The notes under the pieces are model-generated. The model had not been told where the DNA came from. It ran no database searches and worked only from the letters and a program-made list of their open reading frames with translations. The translations under genes were made by a program, and so were the position numbers. Positions 1 to 9,853 of a stretch of 15,226 nt of DNA are shown here, piece after piece (position 1 is the stretch's first letter; every line of letters starts with the position of its first letter). Source of the stretch: Azolla caroliniana (Eukaryota > Plantae > Polypodiophyta); NCBI GenBank assembly GCA_043228905.1, contig JBHGNT010000809.1, positions 1 to 15,226 of the forward strand, written 5' to 3'.

Positions 1-389
1 GGAGTTTTACTTCCATGACAATAACTCCAACCATATTTCTGTAGTGATTTATGTTTGTCCATCATAAAAATATTGACAACACTCAAAATGTGAAGTGTGC
101 TAAAAAATTTGTCCATGATTCCATGACGATCACTATCGTGTGATGTGTCCCTCACACCTTCCTCTCACGTTTTATATTTTACCAAAATATGTTTGAACAT
201 GTTCGAATGCATATAAATTAACTATAGAAAATCCAACAATAGCCTTTGTTTGAAATATTAGTAAGAAAATGCATTTAATGGAAATTCTATTCAAATACCT
301 TGACTTAATCATTGATGTTTGAGATTGAATGTTGATTAAGTTGTTGCCATCTTCACATTTGTGAAAACATTAATGTCTGCATGGAAACA

Positions 390-419
390 TTGGCAATATC
401 ACCCGTGCACATGCACGTG
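390..419 (-). mobile_element. Possible degenerate Helitron 3' terminus
   Basis: Minus strand reads cacgtgcatgtgcacggg (18-nt hairpin), 8-nt spacer, then CCAA|t, one change from CTRR|t. Confidence 0.3.
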
Positions 420-2834
420 CAGATGTCTTTCGACCTTAACTACCTTGGTAGTATCTCAGCATAGGATGGGTCTTATTCTAAAAATGAATTATATGTTATT
501 TGTCTACAATTGTATTTACATTTGAGTATGCAATTGATGGGTAGATAACTAATGAGCTTTGACATAAACTTGTGTCTTCTCTTTTGAAGTTGTGTTGTGA
601 ATGAATGTTCAATCATTGTTGCAATGCTTTTAGAGTTTTTATCTCAAGAAACAAATAGTGTTCCTTGATATTTCGTAGAAATCGGAAAGTTGTGCTTTTT
701 GGTATGGCTCATCATGAGATGAATATTTCGAAACTTAAAATATTGGATTTATTTGTGTGGGTTTCTCGTCCTGAGAATATGAAATTCTAAGTAATGGTTG
801 AATGGAATGGAATGTCACCACAACACTATGTAATTTCGAGTCTTTAAAATATTATAATACATGCACAGCATTTGAGGGTTAATGAAGTATAGCATCATCA
901 ATTATATGTTTTGAAATTCATAATTAATCTTCTTTGAGTTTTAATGTGTCTTGTGACAATCATTGCATGTTTGATAGTTAAGTGACATAAATAATAATCA
1001 AAATTTTGAAATCAGTGCGTCTCCCACTTTTTGTATTGGGGATTCGTACCTCCATATGCCATTCAATGATTTACTAGATGATGGTCCAATATGTAGGAGT
1101 TTGAACACTCCACTTCATTTCTCAACTCTCGACCAAACAACCTTACCAATTGAGTGCTCTTTCTCCCTCTATACGTGTGAAATGGTGACCAGCCCATGTG
1201 CTAACACATTAAAATAAGTTATTTATGAACACGCAACTCGCAAATGACAACATTTACATGATGATTACCTAATAATTCACTTGCACATTTATCATCAACT
1301 AATCTTTAAATAGAAGAGTGCATTCAACTACTGAATTATGTTAGAAATGATACATCTCTTCACCTCAATAAAAAATGCTGGAAACCATGTCTCATCCATG
1401 AATAGACGATCAAGAATCGATGTCAAACCTTCATTGCCATTCGAGAGGCTACCAATACACAATCTGGCCACCATGATATTGCCTTACCAAGCAATCTTTC
1501 AACCACGACTGGAGCCATGGCATTCATTTACACATATGAAGCACTCAATTTTGCATTTCAAGTATTGTTGAGTCGTCACGATCTCATATACATTAAATGA
1601 TCATATCATTGTTGGCTTGTCAAAAGCTCTCATTACAACTTAAATTCATTGAAACATTAAACCTAAATCATATAACAAGGCCTAATTCAACATTCAAATT
1701 CCTCAAGTGGTCCCCTTTGTGTGATGATCTAGTTGATTGTTTGTTAAGAACATTAAAAATGCCAGAGCTGAAAACTCATGACAAACTTCCCTCTTATCCA
1801 AAGCATGGGTTAACCCAGTTTTCCATACACATCTTGTTTACTCCAAGCCATGTCAGCCTCTCTATTCATGCCAATTGTATGCATGAGATTTCAGTCGACA
1901 ACTCCAACAAGTTCTTCCTTACTATACATGACTCACAAAGGAGCACAAGCAGATCGCATAAAGTAAGTAGATCAAACTGTACACACTTTTCAAGGATCTG
2001 AACTCTTTGGCACGATATTCACATAATATGTATGCCAAGGAAGTGTGTTGGCCCATCAATTCTTTCTTTACTGAATGTGGGATAACCTTTTGATTAGACA
2101 TTGGGTCGTCCAGCTTTTTCATAATATAAATGTAAAAAAGGTGGAAAAGTTAATAGGAAGAAAACCCATGAAAGGGATTGGATTCCCAAGCAAAAAACCT
2201 TACTATAAAGGAAACATATCTTTGTTTTTTTACTGAAGGCAAAACTAATTCACCCATAACTGTAACTTGTACCCCATTTCATAAGAGACATAACTCTTAA
2301 CTTGTACATGCAAAAGACAAAATTGATAGTCTTTGCTGAGCTCTGCTCTTTTTATTATTTCATTCATTGAATGAATGCTCTTTTGCAAATGGAATATAAA
2401 AAAAAAACTGACTAGCTATAGTGGAATATGTATGACAAATGAAATTTAGCTCCATCTGGCAGTGAAAGAAAAAAATGACATATACTATTATTTGATCCTT
2501 TCTTATGAAATCTGGGCCTTGGCTGACAGGCCATATATAATTTTAAGGTTGTTGGGTTGTAGGTTTAAGGAGTTTAGGTTTGTCAACACATGCTGTACCT
2601 AAGCCCTGAACCATGCATGGCATTTGGCAGCCAATTTGCCTAATGAATCAATCATATGCCCAGCAAAGGCAAAACATTATATACTATGTCTTCTGTTATA
2701 TAGCTCTTTACAAGACCATCCTCTGAATGCTAATAAATCAGTACATAGAGAATGTAGAAGAGTTCCATTTTGAGCTTCTTGCATATGATCAAAAAATCTA
2801 TATATATATTTATATATGCCTATATCAATCACGA

Positions 2835-4106
2835 TCATCTGGGAGCTTGCCTATGAAGGAAATCTTGTAGGAATTCCTGTTGCATGTCTGCTGAAGGTCG
2901 ATGTTGAAGTTGTTGTTGAAGGCGGATGAGGCGCAAGTAGTGACCGCCATTCCTTATGAGATCATTATGACTACCTTGTTCAACAATCTTTCCATCATCA
3001 AGAACAGCAATTTGATCCACATGTTGTATAGTCGAGAGTCTATGAGCAACCACTATAGTGGTCCTAGACTTCATTAGACTATCCAATGCATCTTGAACTG
3101 CCCTTTCAGACTCTGCATCTAGAGCACTAGTTGCCTCATCCAGCAACAGAATAGCTGGATTCTTTAGCACTGCCCTAGCTATAGCCACTCTTTGCTTTTG
3201 TCCCCCTGAGAGTTGCACCCCTCTCTCTCCCACATCAGTTGCATATCCATCCGGAAGAGCTGAGATAAAACTATCAGCATTAGCAGCTTTTGCGGCTTCT
3301 ATTACCTCTGCCTCTGTCGCACCATCTCTACCATAGAGAATATTCTCATACACTGAAGTAGAAAATAATGAGGGCTCTTGTTGAACCAACGCAATGTGCC
3401 GCCTTAAGGATCGCAGCCTCATCTGCCGAATGTCTCGACCATCTATCCTTACACTTCCTGAAACAGGATCATAAAACCTAGCTATGAGTGATATGATTGA
3501 GCTTTTACCAGACCCACTCATGCCCACCAATGCGAGGCTCTTGCCGCCTCCTACCCTTAAGTTCAAGTTCTCAAAAATAGTGACTTCTGGCCTTGAGGGA
3601 TACCAAAACTTGACTCGTTTTAGCTCAATAGATCCTTTGATCTCGGACACATTTTCAGCTTTTGGATCATCAGGGTCTATCTCTGTCTTCCTATCAAGGA
3701 CTTCAAAAACTGACCCTACTGATTGCACACCTGCAATGATATCTGGAGCCAGTAATAACGTCTCGGCAATGCCCAGAGCAGTCACAAGCAGCACCGTGAA
3801 GGTCTTCACCATTGGGCCAAAAGATGTATATCCAGACTTGATCAAGTAGGATCCATACCATAAGGTTAATGCATAGGAACAGAACATACAGCATTGCGAG
3901 ACACCAAATGCAATCCCTGCAATCTGGCCCCTGTAAAAAGAATCCCGAGCTGGAAGCTGCAACTCCTTGCAGAAAAGCTGCAAAATCTTCTCCTCGGCAC
4001 AGAATGCCGCAACTGTGCGAATGTTACCAACGGCTTCCCCAGCCACCGTATTGGCTCTGAGATATGACTTGCAAACATCCCCACCGAATCCTCTGAGAAA
4101 TTGACG
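2835..4106 (-). CDS. ABCB: ABCB exon 11 (1272 nt, rest of TMD2, NBD2, stop)
   Basis: Acceptor ttgCAG|CGT; complete NBD2; TGA at 2837-2835. Confidence 0.96.
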   Translation of the reverse strand, partial: RQFLRGFGGDVCKSYLRANTVAGEAVGNIRTVAAFCAEEKILQLFCKELQLPARDSFYRGQIAGIAFGVSQCCMFCSYALTLWYGSYLIKSGYTSFGPMVKTFTVLLVTALGIAETLLLAPDIIAGVQSVGSVFEVLDRKTEIDPDDPKAENVSEIKGSIELKRVKFWYPSRPEVTIFENLNLRVGGGKSLALVGMSGSGKSSIISLIARFYDPVSGSVRIDGRDIRQMRLRSLRRHIALVQQEPSLFSTSVYENILYGRDGATEAEVIEAAKAANADSFISALPDGYATDVGERGVQLSGGQKQRVAIARAVLKNPAILLLDEATSALDAESERAVQDALDSLMKSRTTIVVAHRLSTIQHVDQIAVLDDGKIVEQGSHNDLIRNGGHYLRLIRLQQQLQHRPSADMQQEFLQDFLHRQAPR

Positions 4107-7100
4107 CTGCAAACCAGACAGTTTTGTTATAAAATTATAATGCATGCATATATATACATACATATGAACTCATGCTTATGGATCTTCTGGGAAGATATCT
4201 ACCTGAGCAACCGCAGATGACACTATCAAAGGAAATGTAGATATCATAACAAGGGCGATTCTCCATTGGAGCATGAATGCAATGACAAATGCCGTAGTTA
4301 TCAGTGAAAAGTTGTGAGCAAGTGTGCAGAGAAGGTCTCCTGCTGCAGCTTTGACCATCAATGCATCAGAAGCTAGACGAGATGCAACAAGGCTGCTACT
4401 GTTTTTCTCGTCCTCGAACCAACCAACCTCATATCGAAGGATTGCTAAACAAAACATCACCATAAGCCCCTTAACACAACACATAAAGAGAATATAATAG
4501 CACAGGATAAGTGAGATTATTAACCTGTGAACATCAAACGCCTCACTCGGAGTGTTACATTCTCCCCCATGACACCAAAGAAATAGTGTTCTGTTACAAA
4601 GAACAGAAGAGTGGCAATCCCAGCACACAGAAATAATATGCTAAGCTTCCTTATCTCCTGAGGTAAGTACCCTGGAACAAGAGAGTAAAATGCAATCAAG
4701 CCCTCTGTGATTCCAAGCACAAAGAGAGGCATTGATCCACCAGCAGTTATCGCACCCAACATGCCCATCAAGCCATAAGGCCACTCTGGTGAATTGAGTT
4801 GCATTAATCTTTTCAAGGATGGTCTCCTATATTGTTTGCGCTCAGAACATGGTTCAGGAAACCCAACAGAATCACAATCCGATGGGGCATTCAAACGGAA
4901 ACTGAATGCCTTCAAAGTGAGAGATGAGGCACGTGAATGCCTATAGAAACAGAACAACAATTCTGTTCAGAATTCCATATTTCTAGAATACAGCCCATGA
5001 GATCCCTATGAAATCTCACAGATATAAGTAATACCAGATCTTCCGATACTTCTATGAAATAAGAAAGAGTTAAACCAAAGTTACCTGCCCGAACTTGCAT
5101 AATCCTTTGCAGAACTCAAATCCGCTCCATTGTCATCATGTAAATTGAGCAAGCCAGCATAACATCCTTCTTGAGCGAGTAACTGATCATGTGTACCACT
5201 CTCCATAATCTTGCCTTGTTGTACAACCGTTATGATGTCGGCATCCCTTATCGTGGATAGACGGTGAGCAACCATGACTGTTGTACGGCCAATCATAATA
5301 CGAGCAAGGGCATCCTGAACAAGTTTTTCAGACTCGGAATCCAAAGCACTTGTGGCTTCATCGAGAAGCAAAATGGTAGGATTTTTGAGAACTGCCCTTG
5401 CCAGTGCAACACGTTGCTTCTGACCCCCAGATAGCTGTACACCCCTCTCACCGACCTACAAAACTCACATTCACATATTATGATCTAATCGTTTGTTCAA
5501 ACAGCAGTAACAATTACCATATATCGATAGAAAGTCTAATCTGACCTAGTGTTCATGACCAATAGCCTAAATCAAAGTCACTAACCTAGAAAAGCTAAGG
5601 CTACAAAGATCAGTGGTTTGCTAGAGAATGTCATCTACTTTTCCAATGATCTAACACAGACCTCGATCTCTAGGCTATATAATCCACATTGAGTCTCACC
5701 TGCGTATCATACTTGGCAGGCAGTTGATTTATGAAATCATGGGCTCCTGATATCCGAGCAGCTTTAACAACATCATCAAAGCTTGAATTCTCCATCCCAA
5801 AGAGGATATTGTCTTTGATTGTTGTTGCAAAGAGTGCAGGCTCCTGATTAACAAGGCCGATTCGCGATCGTAACCATTTCAGCTCAAGGCACCGTGTATC
5901 ATGCCCATCCAGAAGCACTTGACCTTCAATGTTACAAGAAATCAGAATTACATATTTCCAAATCACACTGCAGCAAGTAAGGAAATCCCATGGTGAAAAG
6001 GGCATATTCTTGAAACAAACCAGTTAGTGGTTGATAGAATCGCTCGATAAGTGAAATGATGGTGCTTTTGCCTGAGCCGCTTCCACCAACAATCGCAACA
6101 AGCTTTCCTGCAGGTATGTTTAGAGAAAAATCCTCAAAAATAACCGCCTCAGGCCGAGATGGGTAGGCAAAGCTTATGTTTTTAAGCTCAATATGGCCCT
6201 GTAGGTTATGAATGACATTTCCTCCTCTTGACGTAAACTCTGGGGATCGTTTTATCATCTCAAATATTGTGTATCCAGCAGTTTTACCCTTGCCAAAGGC
6301 AGTCAAATTAGGGAATGCTTGGCCAATAGCTCTGCAAAAGAAGGCAAGTGAAAGATCTATCAAGATTAAGGTCACTCTAAATTCAATGTCATAAACAAAA
6401 ATGCTTCAAAACATAGGTCAGGGAGAGAAAAATCATTGCATACATTCCGCCAACGACTGCATTCAGTATTGTGACAAAAGCAGGACCTCCATGAATGGTT
6501 CCTCTCTCAACCATTTTACCAGCGAACCAAAGAAGAAGAGCCCACGTGAAGTATAACAGCAAGTAAACAGTACCCATGCCTAATCCTTTAGCAAGGCCAC
6601 CTTTGATTCCAAGCTCCACGGTCTTCTGCAAAGCTTCTCCATACATTCGCACCGCCTTATCCTCCCCACCATAAGCATAAACAGAGCGTACTTGGGCAAC
6701 AACCTAATTCAAACCATGTAACGAAGCTTGAGAACCAGATAAGACACTACTCTAATATCTCAGGAAGGCATCACAGATCCTCTGTACACATACCTGTTCG
6801 GCTATCTCGCCTGCTTTTATATATGCACGCTGGCTGTTGGTTGTCATATCTATCATGGCAAATGAGTAAACACCACCAGCTATGGCTATCAGAGGAACAA
6901 CAGCTAGGGTCAACAAAGTGAGCTCCCATGATAAAGTGAAGCTAACTGCTAGCCCAGCAGCAAAGCGAGCTATGTTATGCATAAAATTGCCCACCTGCAC
7001 AGATCATTCGCTCTCAAACCTAACACATTCTGAGAATTCCTGTTGGGGAAACAATGAAACTGTGAGAGATACTAACCTTCTCCCCAATGGCATCTTGAAC

Positions 7101-7770
7101 AAGAACAGTGTCGCTAGATATACCCACAACTATTTCTCCTGTGGTGGAATCGGTGTCATAGAATCCAATGTCTTGGCTGAGGAGTGCTCGTAAGTACTTG
7201 ACACGAATTGTCGAGGATTGGCGCTCTCCAGTGAACGTCCAACAAAAGACCTCTACGAAAAACAGAATAGTATCAGATTCCGATACTTCCATTAGTGTAT
7301 GAGTATACCAAAGCTTCAGTTTTTCTTTTCTCCCTGCATACTTACCAAGCCATGCCGCCACCAGGGTCACAATCCCCACATAGACGCAATCAAGACAATA
7401 CTGCACCCATAAATCAAAGCATTGATTTAAATGTGAGCAGCACTTAAGGCAAGAGATATCCTACAACATGAGATGTTGAAATCTACAAGAACATAAAGAG
7501 CACCTTAGAAGCGTCTTGATATAGGCGAGAGGGATCAAAGAAGTAAAGGCCTATGGAATCGACAATGTTGCCGAACAAGTAGACAGCAAGAGGCAGAGCA
7601 GCTCCATGAAGGCAAGCACCTATTGTTCCACCCAACATTAATAGGTAGTCCATGCGTGTGGCGAAGGAGAACAGTTTAAAATAAGAGACTGTCGGTAGTC
7701 GGGCAGGCTTGGTATCATTCCTGATCTCTGTTGGGAGTGTTTCCTCTTCTGTTACCCTTGATCTAGCCAT
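2835..7770 (-). CDS. ABCB: Full-size ABC transporter subfamily B (MDR/PGP), TMD-NBD-TMD-NBD, 11 exons, 1264 aa; join(7770-7504,7400-7346,7252-7077,6994-6794,6703-6444,6331-6021,5923-5700,5455-5085,4940-4525,4444-4203,4106-2835)
   Basis: Manually spliced: all introns GT..AG, phases consistent, 3795 nt with no internal stops. Two NBDs with Walker A ([16 protein letters not shown]), Q-loop (VNQEP, VQQEP), LSGGQ signature, Walker B/D-loop ([11 protein letters not shown]) and H-loop (VAHRLSTI). Plant ABCB motifs [33 protein letters not shown]. Resembles the ABCB1/19/2/13-type group; exact orthology needs a phylogeny. Confidence 0.97.
4203..4444 (-). CDS. ABCB: ABCB exon 10 (242 nt, ILRYEVGWF...AVAQ)
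   Basis: Acceptor ttTAG|CA, donor CAG|GTAGAT. Confidence 0.95.
4525..4940 (-). CDS. ABCB: ABCB exon 9 (416 nt, linker and start of TMD2)
   Basis: Acceptor ctaTAG|G, donor G|GTTAAT; [24 protein letters not shown]. Confidence 0.92.
5085..5455 (-). CDS. ABCB: ABCB exon 8 (371 nt, NBD1 signature/Walker B and start of linker)
   Basis: Acceptor tgTAG|GTC, donor AG|GTAAC; [26 protein letters not shown]. Confidence 0.95.
5700..5923 (-). CDS. ABCB: ABCB exon 7 (224 nt, GQVLLDG...YDTQ)
   Basis: Acceptor tgAAG|GT, donor CAG|GTGAGA; [19 protein letters not shown]. Confidence 0.93.
6021..6331 (-). CDS. ABCB: ABCB exon 6 (311 nt, end of TMD1 and NBD1 Walker A)
   Basis: Acceptor ttgCAG|A, donor G|GTTTGT; F.YPSRP and GGSGSGKST. 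Confidence 0.95.
6444..6703 (-). CDS. ABCB: ABCB exon 5 (260 nt, [14 protein letters not shown]...AVVGG)
   Basis: Acceptor atTAG|GTT, donor AT|GTATGC (phase 2). Confidence 0.93.
6794..6994 (-). CDS. ABCB: ABCB exon 4 (201 nt, VGNFMH...EIAEQ)
   Basis: Acceptor gCAG|GTG, donor CAG|GTATGT. Confidence 0.95.
7077..7252 (-). CDS. ABCB: ABCB exon 3 (176 nt, [12 protein letters not shown]...AIGEK)
   Basis: Acceptor cgTAG|AG, donor AAG|GTTAGT. Confidence 0.95.
7346..7400 (-). CDS. ABCB: ABCB exon 2 (55 nt, [18 protein letters not shown])
   Basis: Acceptor gtgCAG|TAT, donor G|GTAAG; short second exon typical of plant ABCB genes. Confidence 0.92.
7504..7770 (-). CDS. ABCB: ABCB exon 1 (267 nt, MARSRV...QDASK)
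   Basis: ATG in gccATGG context; [31 protein letters not shown]; donor AAG|GTGCTC. Confidence 0.9.
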
Positions 7771-8407
7771 GGCTCCTGTTTCTTGGAACCTTCTTCTTCG
7801 TCTGTGCCGCTACTAAGACACTAGTACATCAAAGCATCCCATGCTTGAGGCCCCTGATTACTTTTAATTATTAGCGTGATCGGGGGTTAAATCATGCTAA
7901 CTTCTTAAGCAATGCTTATTAAAGTAACCGTTACTGTGTGCCAAAAGTGTGTGATCGGGGGGGGTTAAGTCATGCTAATCTCCTTGGCATCGAAATGTAC
8001 ATTAAACAATTATTTGACCTGAAGCATGCAAAACAGACAAATAGATGTCTATTGATGCTCCTTACAAACGGCCGATCATCACATGAAAGGCATGCTATGC
8101 TGTCCCAAGGGGGGGCTGCTCTCAAATCCAGCAGCCTTGAGCAAAGCAGATTTCCTGTATAACATATACGGTTTTTCTAGAATTAGGTTTCTGCAAGAGC
8201 AAAGCAGAGTTAGTGGGGCAGTGCTGTAGCAGAGTCACTAGGGAATTGAAAGCGTCTCTACAGGGGGGGGGGAGAGTTGTTGTAAAAGTTGGTTGAAAGT
8301 TTCTTCTGCAAGGAGGCAAAAGGACAGCTGAAGGGACTAGCGTTAGTGGTAGTGGTAGTAGTAATGTGGAGAAGAGAAGGGAGGGTGGGGGAGAAGGGTG
8401 GTATTGC

Positions 8408-8411
<4 letters not shown>

Positions 8412-8454
<43 letters not shown>
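8412..8454. repeat. (AG)21 microsatellite (CT tract on minus strand)
   Basis: Direct reading. Confidence 0.98.
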
Positions 8455-8459
<5 letters not shown>

Positions 8460-8592
8460 GAGGAGCAGAGGAGAGGAATAAAGGAAGGTTTAATGGAGAG
8501 CTGGTAGGTTTTTCGGGGCTACATTGAAGTTTGGGGAGGAGAGAAAAACAGAGGAGATTAATAACAGATACATGATGATGGCCATGCTGTGT

Positions 8593-8622
8593 AGGTGGAG
8601 GTGGAGGTGGAGGTGTGTGTAG

Positions 8623-8653
<31 letters not shown>
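8593..8653. repeat. Compound SSR: (AGGTGG)3, short (GT)n, (AGAC)6
   Basis: Direct reading; (AGAC)6 at 8627-8650. Confidence 0.9.
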
Positions 8654-8826
8654 GACGCACCAACGCAGGCGGTTTTACGGGGAAGAAGGATTTTGGGATG
8701 GATGAGCAGGATTCAGGAAACGGGAGATGGCCGAGAAATAAATGATAATATGACAACGACAACTGCGCCTTTCAAATTGGAGGAGAGAGACACGATTTTT
8801 GTTTGGTTTGGATTTGATTTTGATTT

Positions 8827-8853
8827 ACATACACATACATACATACATACATA
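8827..8853. repeat. (ACAT)n microsatellite, imperfect
   Basis: Direct reading. Confidence 0.9.
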
Positions 8854-9120
8854 ATGGAAGTCACGGCGGCGCGGGTCGGTAGAGAGATTTACCGGCAGTT
8901 AGTTATGGATGTATATCATGTACATAATTGTATATGTAAGTTATGGTACATATTTATTATGTAGGGAGGGATGGAAGCGAGAGACGTTTTGGCCCCCGCG
9001 TCCGTGGACGGAGCGAGGAGAGAAGAGTAGCGGTTTCCCGGCGAGGTCTGCCAAAACAGCTGTAGGTGGGGAGCATTAAATGCGGAGAGAAGAAAGGGAC
9101 CCCAAAAAGGGGAGCTAGCG

Positions 9121-9162
9121 AGAGAGAGAGAGAGAGAGAGTAGGTGTGTGTGTGTGTGTGTG
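9121..9162. repeat. Compound (AG)10 + (GT)9 microsatellite
   Basis: Direct reading. Confidence 0.95.
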
Positions 9163-9497
9163 AGGACTAAATACAGCACCAACAAAAAAGCAGAGATGCA
9201 GCAGCAGCAGAAATTAAAGCGCCCCATTTAACGCACCTACTCCTACCACCATCACCAAAAGAAAGAAAGAAGAAGAAAAAGTGGCGGCAGTAGAAGAAGC
9301 AGAGGAGGAGAAGGATATGGCCGCCGCCGCCTTCTTCTGGCCCCGTGACCATCCATCCATTGCCTCCTCTAACGTCCGGCACCTGCAAATCCGCCTGCCC
9401 CGGCCAATTTAGCGGGACTCCAACCAGCGCTACTACATTTAGGGGGGGGGGGGATGGATTTTTTGGTAACACTAAATCAAGCGCAGAGTTTTATGTT

Positions 9498-9519
9498 GTG
9501 TGTGCGTGTGTGTGTGTGT
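9498..9519. repeat. (GT)n microsatellite, one interruption
   Basis: Direct reading. Confidence 0.9.
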
Positions 9520-9668
9520 AACTAAATTAACGCCCCCGTTCTGGTGGCCTCCGACGTTATCGTATGATTTTATTTTATTTTATTTTCCCAGCTTACCTAA
9601 CTAACCCCTCTCCAAACTGCCCCCTCTCTCTTCCCTCCACCCCCATTATTATATTGGCTTCACGGCGG

Positions 9669-9679
9669 ACCGACACGTG
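9669..9679. promoter_or_regulatory. Overlapping DRE/CRT core (ACCGAC), TGTCGG AuxRE (minus strand) and G-box/ABRE (CACGTG)
   Basis: ACCGACACGTG read directly; function inferred from known plant cis-element consensus sequences. Confidence 0.4.
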
Positions 9680-9815
9680 CACGGCCATCGCAGCTCCCAT
9701 AAGAACAAGAAGAAGAAGAAGAAAAGAAGAAACGTTTGGCTCGTTCCTCCCTTCCCTGTTTCATTCTCGCACGCACCTTCTGTACCCCTGGGCCCTTTCG
9801 CCACACATGCCCTGC

Positions 9816-9816
<1 letters not shown>

Positions 9817-9848
<32 letters not shown>
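9817..9848. repeat. (TC)16 microsatellite
   Basis: Direct reading. Confidence 0.98.

Positions 9849-9853
<5 letters not shown>

Noticed and set aside
1258-1334. C/D-box snoRNA-like pair ATGATGA...CTGA
   Set aside because: No clear terminal stem or recognisable rRNA antisense element; AT-rich background makes chance likely
3484-7193. Plus-strand and alternative-frame ORFs overlapping ABCB exons (3484-3849, 3703-3894, 3866-4084, 3869-4060, 4912-5100, 6212-6394, 6882-7193)
   Set aside because: Antisense or off-frame shadows of the ABCB coding sequence with no recognisable motifs
9596-9612. cctaactaacccct as a telomerase RNA template or telo-box
   Set aside because: Does not match CTAAACCCT/AAACCCTA, and no USE+TATA Pol III promoter is seen upstream
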